64,000 nucleotides of DNA, taken from NCBI GenBank assembly GCA_002633005.1, contig NMRA01000020.1:1724918-1788917 (forward strand), written 5' to 3'. The DNA is from Phoronis australis (lineage: Eukaryota > Animalia > Phoronida). The stretch's first letter is position 1. Each line of letters starts with the position of its first letter. A model generated the notes under the pieces. That model saw only the letters and a program-made list of their open reading frames with translations. It was not told the DNA's origin and ran no database searches. The position numbers and the translations under genes are program-made. Positions 36,959 through 47,900 of the stretch are shown in pieces.

Positions 36959-37029
36959 CTGTAATAATTCACGTTTTGGTGCCATCATTTATTGTTTTCA
37001 AAGTATCAATAGTGTTAACGTGCCCTTAA

Positions 37030-38361
37030 AGACGAAGGCAACCTTTTTTCATGTCATTTTTAGCCAAAATGGGGTTTGATGATTATTCCAAACATATTTT
37101 TCACTTATTTACTGCTTTTCGTAATTTAATTAATTACTCGTCGTTTACTCCGGAAGTGACGTTTTGGGAGGCAAGAATTTCGCGCCAATTTCTTTTCATG
37201 TAGTCTGACTGTGACAGCAGTCGAGTCAGTCATTGTTCTACCTCGGTTGTGATAAGTTCGGTCGTCGTTTGCTTTTGCTTACGAGTCAGTCAACATGCCA
37301 TGCTGTTGCTGCGTACTGGGGTGTACTCATTATCGTCTCACGTACAGGGGAAGAACTGTCCCACTTGCCCGAGTGTCCCGCGACACACTTCCACTGGAGG
37401 GTGATCTGAGCACCCAAACTGCTTACATACCGCCGTATGACTCCCTCGCCACACACCTGGCACCTTCCAAATAGCTCCAATACAAGTCCACAATAAACTT
37501 ATCAAACTTAGGCTCACCGATATGTTCATATGTTCATTGGATGACGAACTGTTCTCTTCACTGGGTGTCGAACTGGGCCTGTATTCACTCCCACTACTCA
37601 ACATCGCTGCAGGGCTGCTTACAGGCTCAGACAACAGCACAGGGCGAATCACTGCTAGTTCCCGGAATTGCACGCAATGGGGTATGTTTGGAGGCACGGG
37701 TGACAGTAGATGAAGTGCCTTCAGTCACTGTACATAGTGGCCACAACTTGCGAGGCTTCTCGCTTCAAAAACGCACTTCTCAGGGTTGGCGATGGGGCAC
37801 TGCCGGGAATCAACAGCGACGGTATGGTACCCTTCTTCAGGCGTTGTTTCTCAGGGACCTTCATCAATTCAGCGGTACATATCTGTCATAATCTGACGGC
37901 AGAGAATGCTTGCCACACACTCGGTAACCCTCCATTGCTTTGTAAGTTGCGTGGACGGGTAGCGCTGCGTTCTTCACATGAACTAGCTAGCCAAGTACGA
38001 CGAAGTGCGTCATCCTTCGGAAAGCGACGCAAGGTACCCAAAGCGCGTGTGAGACGATAATGAGTACATCCCGGCACGTAACAACAGTGTGGCATGTTGA
38101 CCGACTTCTAAACAAAAGCAAACGACGACCGAACTTATCACAAACGAGGTAGAGCAATGACTGACTCGACAGCTCTCACAGTCAGACTATAATGAAAAGA
38201 AATTGGCGCGAAACTCTTGCCTCCCAAAACGTCACTTCCGGAGTAGAGGACGAGAAATTAATCAAATTACGAAAAGCTGTAATTAAGCGAAAAATGTGTC
38301 TGGGAAAATCAACGAACCTTATTTTTGCTAAAAGTGACATGAAAAAAGGTTGCCTTCGCCT
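37030..38361. mobile_element. Non-autonomous Kolobok transposon with TIRs of about 310 bp and TTAA TSD
   Basis: TTAA|AGACGAAGGCAACC ... GGTTGCCTTCGCCT|TTAA (TSDs at 37026-37029 and 38362-38365); purine-purine termini; THAP relic inside. Confidence 0.9.
37342..38095 (-). pseudogene. Frameshifted, truncated THAP-Kolobok transposase
   Basis: MPHCCYVPGC...RFPKDDALRRTW, then in shifted frames YRVCGKH and LKKGTIPSL, an acidic linker, KFIV and LELFGRCQVCG...CVAGHSGKWDSSSP. Confidence 0.85.
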
Positions 38362-40049
38362 TTAAATAAATACCACGCTCCCACCGAGATAGGCTCTACA
38401 ACGCACTGAAGGTGTGTTGTGCTACGTGGCTCTTGAATTTGATTTTCGTTTTTTCACCAGTTTAACAAAATGGAATACATTTTATCTGTCGAAAGAGATT
38501 ATTGAAATATAAGCTCGGACACTGAGGTAGCCAGGTACCTGTTTCTCGAAGGGTCTACAGATAAAAGTTTTTTTCTTTTGGTTTTGTTTTTCTCCCGAGC
38601 AGAGTACGCGTTTCTGTCTTTTTGGCTGGATATTGTAGACACATTTTCTGCCTTGGCCTGATTTCGGAAACAGGTTAATATACGGTCCATAGACCGAGTT
38701 TTAGTCAAATGTTAGACGACAACAAACTGTTCGAGAATCAGCCCCAGATATATTCAACAAGGGTACTAAACTTGTGTTTTGTCCTGTGGGTCTGTAATGA
38801 GAGGCAGTCTGATGATACTTTGCTATCAACAGGGAGAAAGCGCAAAATTGAAATGAGTTCCGACCAGGGGGACCAAGGCACCGGTGTGCACCCCCGTGGC
38901 TATCCCAGTAAACTTTTAAGTTATCAAAATATCTGGTACAAGTCTCTATTACCTCATAGCTAAGTTGGACATGGTTTCAAGTGTCAATTTTAGACAAAAT
39001 TAGATTTTTTTTCTATTTGCTCCACCCGCTATTTTTAGAAAATCAATTTAATCTCACTTCAGCTCTGGTCTAATATTGAGGATTGTTGCATTTTAAGTGT
39101 GAACAGAAAATATTTTACTTAACCTATAAGGTCATGTTTTCAGAATTTGCCTAGTTTCGCTTTTGAGGCTTTGGCCTTACACATGGCATTGTTCTGGAAC
39201 TACAGTAATTTCATAGATATACACAGCGGTAGAACGACACACATGTTACATTTTAGCACGAACACGGTCGTACATTTTCCGCAAACATCCGAATCGACGA
39301 TTAAAGCCTATTTCATTTACATTCGTGGATTTGATAGCTACAAAAGGTTTGGGCATCAATGTGACAACAATGTCAAAGTGTCAGTTGTATGAAGGATCAG
39401 AGTTGAGCTGACTTACAGACACCTGCGGCACCACGAGAGTCCCTGCATTGTGCTACGTTCATCCAGACCACTATTCAACGTAGAACTGTTTCCGACCCTT
39501 CGTTTTTTGTTCTGTGCTCTGGCGGTGGCGCAACTGATATAGCGAAAAGACTACTTCGAATATAATGAAATTTAATGCAGTCTTAGTGTGAGCGACGACT
39601 CGGTGAAATATTACGGCGTTGACATTTTGTAGTTTTAGCTATTTGTTTCAACTTTAAGAATTCGTATGTCATGTGTACTATTGCAAATGTGAAAAAGAAA
39701 AGTTCAACCCAGAGTAAAAGGAGTAAAAATTTATTACATTTTGTACAATCATTTGTAATAATGTAAAACACACACTGTTGAAAAACGTATTCATAATTGA
39801 ATGTAATTTTAGAGTAGCTTAAAAACAAAATGCATTTTGACAGAAGTACAAAGGAAACTTTCAAACTGACGTCACACAACCTTATTTGAGTTTCTTTCGA
39901 CAATTTATCTCGTTTCGTGACGAACGTCCTTTTGTGGGCCACGTGACGTGTTACGTCGGATCATGTATTTTTGCGCAATTTTCGGTCACTAAAGTCTTTC
40001 GAAGTTTATCCGTTGAAAAAATATTTGGTCTTGACATTATTTGCTGTTC

Positions 40050-40276
40050 TTAACGGCATCGACAACTACATATGTAAAATTGCTCTTGGTTCTGTTTCAG
40101 ACGTAAGTACTTGCATTCCTCCCTGTAGTGCGTAACTTCACGTCTACCATGCCTGCGACACACGCACGTAAGACTCCATGGATAGTACGAAGTGCCCCAT
40201 ATGTTCTGGGCCTCTCCACGAACCCACACACAGTCGGGATGAGAATGGTACTCGTAGTCTGCCGTCCATTTATTTC
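40050..40276 (-). CDS. Terminal exon of a cysteine-rich peptide paralog (copy B, open frame, 7 Cys, possibly degenerate)
   Basis: After the acceptor ttgctttcacag (phase 1): NKWTADYEYHSHPDCVWVRGEAQNIWGTSYYPWSLTCVCRRHGRREVTHYREECKYLRLKQNQEQFYICSCRCR*. Spacing Y-x7-C, W-x3-C-x16-C and the terminal CxCxC mirror copy A. Confidence 0.65.
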
Positions 40277-41212
40277 CTGTGAAAGCAAGAAGACGTAGCC
40301 GCAATTTAAAGGTGTCTACTTTTGACAAACGCTTCTCAACCCGCGATATTTTATTCTTAGAAAACTGGTGTGCCAAAAACTCTAACACGTAGGTTTGTAG
40401 AACCTTGCAATGCGAGCTAATGTTGTGCAAACTGTAGCATGTGAGGTGAAAAATGAGTTTCGGTGAAGACCACTCTCTGATGATCAATTGGGGTGATGAT
40501 ATTTTGTCCGAAAAAAATGTCAACAAGCACAAAAAGTTAAAACTGTTATATTCTGAAACCGTCTATTTTTTCGTTTTCGTTGCTCAAACTTCGATTTGAA
40601 GGATTTTCAAAATTCACCTAACAGGTGTCGTTACTAACCAAACTTGATTACCCAATCAGTTAATTTTAGAATTTGTACTTGGAAACATTTCGTCATCACA
40701 CCAAAAATTTCTAGTTTTAAGCAGTTTGGTCCTTAACGTGCGATTGTGTTTTTGTGTCGTGGCTCAAAATTAAAACCTTCAACATTTACGATATGACACA
40801 CGCTTTCTCACTACAATTTAATAACAGTTTTCTCGTAAACTGGACAACTTTTACAGTCTACTCTTTTTTGTTCAGGAGGTACCCACTATAAGGGTCTAAA
40901 TAAGGCACCTCTGTGCAGGTTTTTGAAGAAATTGACATCCCTTGTACATATGACCAGACGTGCTTTTTTCAATTTCAATATAGAGCAAACAATTTTGACT
41001 GCAGTAATAGTGATATTCATGCATAATTACGTCCTAATTAACAATAGTTTTTAAATGTTTAAACAAATAAAATATCTCTTTTTTTTTTTTTTTTTTGACT
41101 TTTTCAGAGATATTTATTAACTCAGCCAACCAGTACATAGTTGTGTGACAATATGACATCTAGTTTAGTGTACATCAAACAATTTACGAAACATTATCAG
41201 ACCCTACAAAAG

Positions 41213-42388
41213 CTAGTTAGGCAAAAAAGACCACCTTGCCTGGAATCTCTCAAGATCCAATTTATCATTGTAAATAATTTTTTCCAGGTTGTAGTAATCA
41301 TATACCTCACGTAAAAATGACTGAAAATTGGGCTTAGTCTTTTGTAATCTTTGTCTATATAAGTGGAATTTCGCTAAGCAAAGAATTAAATTTACAGCTT
41401 CTAATCTACAGGCTGGGTCTCCAAACAAGGCGGAAGACATATTTAACTGCAGAGGGAAATTGCACTGATTTATCATCCATGTTCTTAAACATCCCCAAAA
41501 CTTCTGAACAAGTGAACATTCCCAATACAAATGTAGAATTGTTTCTTCATGTTGCTCACAGAAAGAACATAAAGACGATTCACTAACACCTATTTTCTTT
41601 AAATAAGAGTTTGTACCAATAATTCTGTGGTTGATACGGAATTGAAACCATCTGAGTCTGACATCAGAAGTACAATGATAAATTACAGAATGAATTTTTT
41701 TCCAAGATTTATTTTCATCACATAAGTTAATTTCTCTCTCCCACTTCAATTCTGCGACAGGTTTTACATATAAATTAGAAATAAATACTTCATAGATTTT
41801 CCCAGTCCCTTTATTTTCCGAGGAGATTCGAAAAATATGTTCTGGAAAAAGTGGAGTGACTATAGTACTCTTGTCTCTTAGATGATTCCAAGAACGAAGT
41901 ATTGAACTTCGAATTCCATAAAAATGAGTAATACAAGGACAAAATTGAAAACGTTTACAAAAGGTATGATAATCATAAATATATCCATTATCAGGGTCAA
42001 TTAAATCGTATACGTACCGTATACCCTTTTGAAACCACTCGTTCCAAAAAATTGGATTACTGTCTATACAAATTTTGGGGTTATACCACAAAGGTTGGTA
42101 CAAAGGATCCTCTATCTCACAAAGATTGATAAATTCGTATAAGATATAAAAAATATCCTTCCAAAAAATATTTTTAGTACGGTTAGATACTTCAAGGAAA
42201 AAACAAGAACCTAACTGAAAAGAGTCATTTTTTATATTAGGAATAATTTCACATAAAATATTTAGCCAAAGAGAAGTATTGTTATAATAATTTTTCAAGA
42301 ATCTTCGAATCCAAGTCAGTTTAATAGCTTTGACAAATGACGCAATATGAACCATATTCCCACCTCCAACTTCAGATTTCTGCACCAT
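41213..42388 (-). CDS. LINE ORF2 C-terminal part with zf-RVT cysteine motif (after a frameshift near 42430)
   Basis: QPLWYNPKI and CSFCEQHEETILHLYWECSLVQKFW; overlaps the upstream ORF in a different frame. Confidence 0.9.
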   Translation of the reverse strand: MVQKSEVGGGNMVHIASFVKAIKLTWIRRFLKNYYNNTSLWLNILCEIIPNIKNDSFQLGSCFFLEVSNRTKNIFWKDIFYILYEFINLCEIEDPLYQPLWYNPKICIDSNPIFWNEWFQKGIRYVYDLIDPDNGYIYDYHTFCKRFQFCPCITHFYGIRSSILRSWNHLRDKSTIVTPLFPEHIFRISSENKGTGKIYEVFISNLYVKPVAELKWEREINLCDENKSWKKIHSVIYHCTSDVRLRWFQFRINHRIIGTNSYLKKIGVSESSLCSFCEQHEETILHLYWECSLVQKFWGCLRTWMINQCNFPLQLNMSSALFGDPACRLEAVNLILCLAKFHLYRQRLQKTKPNFQSFLREVYDYYNLEKIIYNDKLDLERFQARWSFLPN

Positions 42389-44991
42389 GGTTTTTCTAGA
42401 GATTCTATCAGAAGAGGTACCCCATATAAAATTAAAGAATAGTTTTTCAATGTCCTTAAAAAAGTAGCACTTGGAAGAGGAAGTGTGTAAAAGAGGTGAA
42501 TCAGTTTTGGTAATAAGAAAGATTTGACAACCGTTATCTTACCAAAGGTAGACAAATTTCTTTTTGACCAATTTCCAATGCCTTTTCTAACCTCATTTAA
42601 TTTTACATCGTAGTTTAAGTGAATCATGTCCTGTAAGTTGACAGAGAAGGTAATTCCAAGAGATGTGAACTGGGAACTTTCCCATTTTAAATCTTTTTCA
42701 CAACAAAGCCTATCACCACAACATATCTTAGAACCAATCCATATACAAACAGTTTTATCGATATTGGGTGTCAAACCAGAATACTTAGCAAACTGATCAA
42801 GAAGGTTAAGTGAAGATTTTAAAGAGGCCTCTGAACCATCTAGAAAGAGGACCGTGTCGTCTGCATATTGCATTAATTTATACTCTAAAGAGCCTACTTT
42901 TATGCCTTTAACATTCTCGCATTGCCTCAACATAGATGCCATAATTTCGGCACACAACAAAAAAAGATAAGGTGAAAGGGGATCCCCTTGTCTGCAACCT
43001 CGGCAAATGTTAAAGTAGTTGGACGTAAAGCCATACTGAATGACTGAAAGTTGGACACTTTCATTGAGTATTGTGAACCAACGAATAATATCGTCACCAA
43101 AATTGAAATAGTGTAGAACTTTCTTAAGAAATCTCCAGGACACAGAATCAAAGGCTTTTTCAAAATCAATTAATACCAGAAGTCCGGGAATATCCTTAAC
43201 TTGAGTATATTGTAAGATGTCATAAATCACTCTGGTGTTCTCTCCCATAAAGCGACCTGGGAGAAACCCAGTTTGATTAGGATGAATTAACTTATTTAAA
43301 ACAGATTTTATCCTTTGTGCAATACATGCTGATAATAGTTTATAACTTGAATTTAGTAAGGAGATTGGTCTCCAATTTTTAATGTATTCACGTGGTTTCT
43401 TGCCCTTAGGAATCAGAGTAATGACACCTTGACGCATAGTGGTAGGGAGACGGCCGGTTCGAAAACTGTAATTAAAAGATTTGATCAAAAATGGCGACAA
43501 TTCTTTCCAAAAAAATTTGTAAAACTCTACAGGAAAACCATCAGTCCCCGGAGTTTTGTCATTTTTCATACATTTAAGGACAGTTGCAGCTTCAGTATAA
43601 GTTATTGGTCCTTCTAGTTTTTCTTTCAGGTCGGCGTCCAGTTTAGACATATTTTCAGGGGTCACCAAGTCCTCCAACTCATATTGGAGAGAGTCATTTT
43701 CTTTCGCTGCATATAAATTTGCATAGAATTTTTCGATTGCACGCAGTATAGCTTTTTGGTTCATCAAGCTTCGTCCAGTCTCGTCTATAAGTTTGTGGAC
43801 ATTCTTGTTCACGTAATTGCGTTTTTCTAAGTTACTAAAATATTTGGACGGTTTTTCACCATCCTCGATCCATTTTGCCCGAGATCTCAGCATCATGCCT
43901 TTCACTTTGTCCTTTCTAATATATTCGTAATCTTTCTGTAAATCTGAATAAATTTCAAGGAGCAGAGCAGAATTACTGTTGCACATCATTTCTCTAAGAA
44001 GACTTAATTGCTCCTCTAAATTCTTTTCATGTCGATGCTTTTCTTTTTTCTTGAAAGCTGAATAAGACAAAGTATAATTTCTAATATTCAGTAGAATCAT
44101 CTCAAGAAGAAGAGAGTCGTCTATAGTGGACTGACCGTCTGACAAATTGGAGACATTATCATGAGATAAATATTCCTTCTCGGTTTTAACTATGATGTCT
44201 TTCACATTACTGATATATTCTACATCACATAATAAGGATTTGTTAAGTCGCCATAGACCTTTACCTCTAACAAATTTAGAGGCCTGAATAGTAGTCACGA
44301 CACAATGATGGTCGGTTCTATAACCTGGGGACGTTTCAATATTTTCTATCCAAGAGGAAAATTCGTCGGACACTAGAAAAAAGTCCAGACGGGCTTGCTT
44401 ACAAGGGTTTATTCTGAACCAAGTATAGCTTGTTGTGTTTGGGTTACGTAAGCGCCACGGGTGGACCAAATTTAACTGTGACATCAGACTGATAACTTGT
44501 TTTCTTGCAGCCGGATTGTTTTGGTGTTTGTATCCTAAACAGTCAAGATTGAAATCCTGAACCAAATTCCAGTCGCCGCAAATGATTATGAACTCTGAAT
44601 TGTAGTCAGAGACTACTTGAAGCAGGGTTCTAAAAAATTCAGGGTCATCCTTGTTGGGACCATAAATATTAGCTAACGTAATTGAGACTCGATTTTCAAT
44701 AAGTAATTCGATGACAACAAGGTTTCCTTTATCATCAAGATGGATTTTACCAACTTCACTTTCAAAGTTATTATTTAGCAATATGCAGACACCTCTCGAT
44801 TCTCTTGTTCCAGGGCTCATGAAAACATCATATCCCCACTGGGCTCTAATAACAGAAATTTCTGATTCAATAAAATGAGTTTCTTGCAAGCAATAAATAC
44901 TACAACACTTCCGTCTCAAAAATTCAAAGACATCCTTTCTCTTAATTGTGTCCCTTAGCCCTCTGCAGTTTAAAGATAAGATACTAACCAT
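42316..44991 (-). CDS. LINE ORF2, AP endonuclease plus reverse transcriptase (N-terminal part, before the frameshift)
   Basis: APE motifs SLNCRGL, LQETH, NIYGPN, GDWN, RLDFF and TDH; RT motifs WRPISLLN, DFEKAFD, GCRQGDPLSP and YADD. Likely ATG at 44991. Confidence 0.95.
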   Translation of the reverse strand: MVSILSLNCRGLRDTIKRKDVFEFLRRKCCSIYCLQETHFIESEISVIRAQWGYDVFMSPGTRESRGVCILLNNNFESEVGKIHLDDKGNLVVIELLIENRVSITLANIYGPNKDDPEFFRTLLQVVSDYNSEFIIICGDWNLVQDFNLDCLGYKHQNNPAARKQVISLMSQLNLVHPWRLRNPNTTSYTWFRINPCKQARLDFFLVSDEFSSWIENIETSPGYRTDHHCVVTTIQASKFVRGKGLWRLNKSLLCDVEYISNVKDIIVKTEKEYLSHDNVSNLSDGQSTIDDSLLLEMILLNIRNYTLSYSAFKKKEKHRHEKNLEEQLSLLREMMCNSNSALLLEIYSDLQKDYEYIRKDKVKGMMLRSRAKWIEDGEKPSKYFSNLEKRNYVNKNVHKLIDETGRSLMNQKAILRAIEKFYANLYAAKENDSLQYELEDLVTPENMSKLDADLKEKLEGPITYTEAATVLKCMKNDKTPGTDGFPVEFYKFFWKELSPFLIKSFNYSFRTGRLPTTMRQGVITLIPKGKKPREYIKNWRPISLLNSSYKLLSACIAQRIKSVLNKLIHPNQTGFLPGRFMGENTRVIYDILQYTQVKDIPGLLVLIDFEKAFDSVSWRFLKKVLHYFNFGDDIIRWFTILNESVQLSVIQYGFTSNYFNICRGCRQGDPLSPYLFLLCAEIMASMLRQCENVKGIKVGSLEYKLMQYADDTVLFLDGSEASLKSSLNLLDQFAKYSGLTPNIDKTVCIWIGSKICCGDRLCCEKDLKWESSQFTSLGITFSVNLQDMIHLNYDVKLNEVRKGIGNWSKRNLSTFGKITVVKSFLLPKLIHLFYTLPLPSATFLRTLKNYSLILYGVPLLIESLEKPWCRNLKLEVGIWFILRHLSKLLN

Positions 44992-47900
44992 GTTCCGACA
45001 AAAGACATGACAAATCGGGTCTATCAATTAAAATACTAAGTGTGATGTATATAGAACGTACACAAGTTGGTGAATCAACAAAAATCTCGCCCAGAAATAT
45101 GTAAAAAAACAAATAAAATATCTCGAGCCACTGGAAGAAACTTGAGGATTTTTACCCCGATTTGTTATCCAAGGGACTCGATTTAGTTGCTTTCATTCAA
45201 GGTCAAGGTCACGTTACAATTTCACAATCACTACTATTTCCTACTGAATATGTCTATAACACTCAAAATAAGGCAATTATGTGCAAATGTTATGTCCAAA
45301 TGACAATTTTAACTTGCTTTTTTACCAATACTCAAGCGGCAAACAATTTTGACCTCATTAACCCTGAGTTACATATTCAGTTACTAATTAGCTGAAATCG
45401 TAAATATTTATATCTCCCGAAGAACTTGACGCAATGCGAGGATCTTTGGTCATGTGGACAAACATTGCTAACAACTTATAAAAGTTGCAGTTCCTTGTCC
45501 TTGTTTGTCTACCATGTATATTTTGGAGAAATGACAGCTAGGGAAATAATCATTCGATATTAACCTTGAATCGTGATGACTGCAAGTATCAAAATAAATC
45601 AAGCCCTAGATCCATGTATGCATACAAATGATGATATTGGTATCAGGATCAAAAAACACTTCAAAATGGCCATATGGACAAAAATGAGGATGCTTGCAAA
45701 TCTTGCACAAGCTGACCTTTCAGCTCCTGCGTCACAATCGTGTTTGGGTGGATTAGTATCATTCAAGGTGAATGAAACTAATCGTAGTATATCTTTGAAA
45801 TTAATCAAATGTGCCTTACAAATTATGCCTTCGGGTATTTGAAAGGCGTGGTCATGCAATCTTATTGTAACTTAAGTTAGATGTACTAGAAATAGCGTTT
45901 TATTTATTTATAATTATTTTGTGCTTGCTGCCACGCAGTGTCACTTGACAAAGAAATGATTGCTTGAATGATTTGGAGGACATACACCAGTAACAGTATA
46001 GATTGTTCGATTAAAACAACCAAAGAATACATGCTCTATTCCAAGGTATTTTTTTAAGATAACCGTTCAGAATTCCTTTCGATATGAGACTGAGTTCATG
46101 ACTTCTACTTCCGGTAGCATCAACATATTTTGTGGATAATTAGAGATTTTTATCACATGTGTACCAAAACGTGAAAATCGGACTTAAGGAATTGGTATTT
46201 GGATACCCATTCAGCAACTAAATTGTTATTGGATACAAGACTTTGTCTGCTTGAATGAGAGTGGATAAAGACTAAAGCAATGCGCACATGTCTATTTTAT
46301 AATCTAATCACGTATATCAGGACGTGAACAGTAGAATGGTTGTGTGCGGGGATTTTTTTTTGTATTTTCTCACATTGATCGAAATATATAAAAGTAAGAA
46401 TTGAATAAATAAGATTCGTGATTAACCACAAGGCTACATAAAAGAGTTTTAATTTAGGATTCTTTAAAAACAAATTGAAAATTTAATACTTACGTTTCAA
46501 TTTTGCCTTCTGTTAAATTTCCTTATGTACATGTATGGGACTTCATAGTGCCGCGAATTTGCAAGTAAGGATTTGTTATAGACGCGGACGATTTGCCTTG
46601 CAACTAAGTTTGCAGAAAGATAAACATTCTATTTCAAAGAGTTTATGATCTTTTTCGTCTAATCAATTTACATAAGTTTTTTCGAAACAGCTGATTTTAA
46701 AAATCGGTCAAACCAAAGTTCTCTACGAAAAAGATGAAGTAGTATTATACTGTCCAAAATAAATTAATTCAGTTTTCAGAAGGAAGTGAGATGAACCGAA
46801 GGGTATGTGCCTTCAATAGTTGCAGACGTGACGGTGAAACCTTCGAGGAGGCCACCATAGGCGAGCAGCGTGGGTCAGCGATAGTCGTGAAAAGAAATTC
46901 AAAGCAAAACACGTAGGAGACAAATTTAGGGAGCATTTGTAAACGGTGAGTGTAGGGTTTACTCTTCGGGGACCTGGCCAGGACATTTTTGTCAGGCAGT
47001 CCCAGTTTAAAAAATGCCTTAGAACACGCAAATTTTCAATAGTCGACAATTTCAAAGCTGTACTTTTCCGGGAACCCCTCTCTGGCAAGAAATAATCGAA
47101 TCTACTGTCGCTCTCTTTTTGGAGAAAGTGTGTTTCATTTGATATACAACCCAACTCTTGGAGGAGGCTCGTTGATGGCACCTGCAGAAAACTGACTTTG
47201 GGACCACAGATGTAAAACTTTGGCGAAATCAATTAATTTGTCGCCCCCTCTCTGTATGGTCCTGCTAAAGTGACCAAAGAAGAGGTAAAACTGTTGCTGG
47301 CGGGTATAACTGGTATCGAAGGGGGTGCAGGTGGATGTAAAATGACTGTGGATTGGGAATTGCGATAAAGTAAAACTGCTAATCGATCCGGTTTCGCAAC
47401 AAAATGGCCGAACATTAAGACGTTGACAAGAACACAAAAATCTCGCTTTCAGGGCTGATGTTTTTCTTCAAAACGGCACACAAAAGTTATGCTCAGCTTG
47501 ATTTTTGAGCCAAAAACAACTTCGTGTAGTTTGTAACGAAATTTGGCTATTTTTAGAATGATCAAAACAACAACGCCATCATTACTGAATGGTATAGAAA
47601 TTGCGATGCATAACATCGTTAAATAGCGACACCGTACCGTTGAAAACTGCACTCGACGGTGGAACGGTTCTTCCCTGCTCTGTCATAGTTGGTCGCTCCT
47701 TTGCTTTCTTGTCTCTTGGTGAAAAATTACTGTCGATGTTTTTCGATTTTTACGAGAGAAATTTTCGAGAAAGACTTCGTCGAAACCTAAATGACGAACA
47801 CTCTCGATGACACTTGTTTATTACTGGAGACCAACAGTGACAACAAGAATACGTTTTTACAAACATTAAACTGCCTAAATAATGTTTGCCTGGTTTTATA

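Larger units (their letters stand above)
41079..45106 (-). mobile_element. 5'-truncated Tx1/L1-clade non-LTR retrotransposon, recent insertion
   Basis: Perfect 18-bp TSD AAACAAATAAAATATCTC at 41061-41078 and 45107-45124; poly(A) seen as a T run at 41079-41096; AATAAA signal near 41113; ORF1 absent. Confidence 0.95.

Noticed and set aside
38500-38830. Another peptide paralog (KQNQKKKTFICR resembles KQNQEQFYICS)
   Set aside because: The similarity is short and A-rich, and the cysteine spacing and CxCxC end are missing.
39660-39740. Signal-peptide exon for peptide copy A (NKFLLLLLWVELFFFTFAI)
   Set aside because: No in-frame ATG directly before it and no phase-1 donor; a pyrimidine-rich tract gives the same translation.
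45573-45842. Possible RTE-type LINE remnant (DDIGIRIKK...)
   Set aside because: Too degenerate to support without an alignment.
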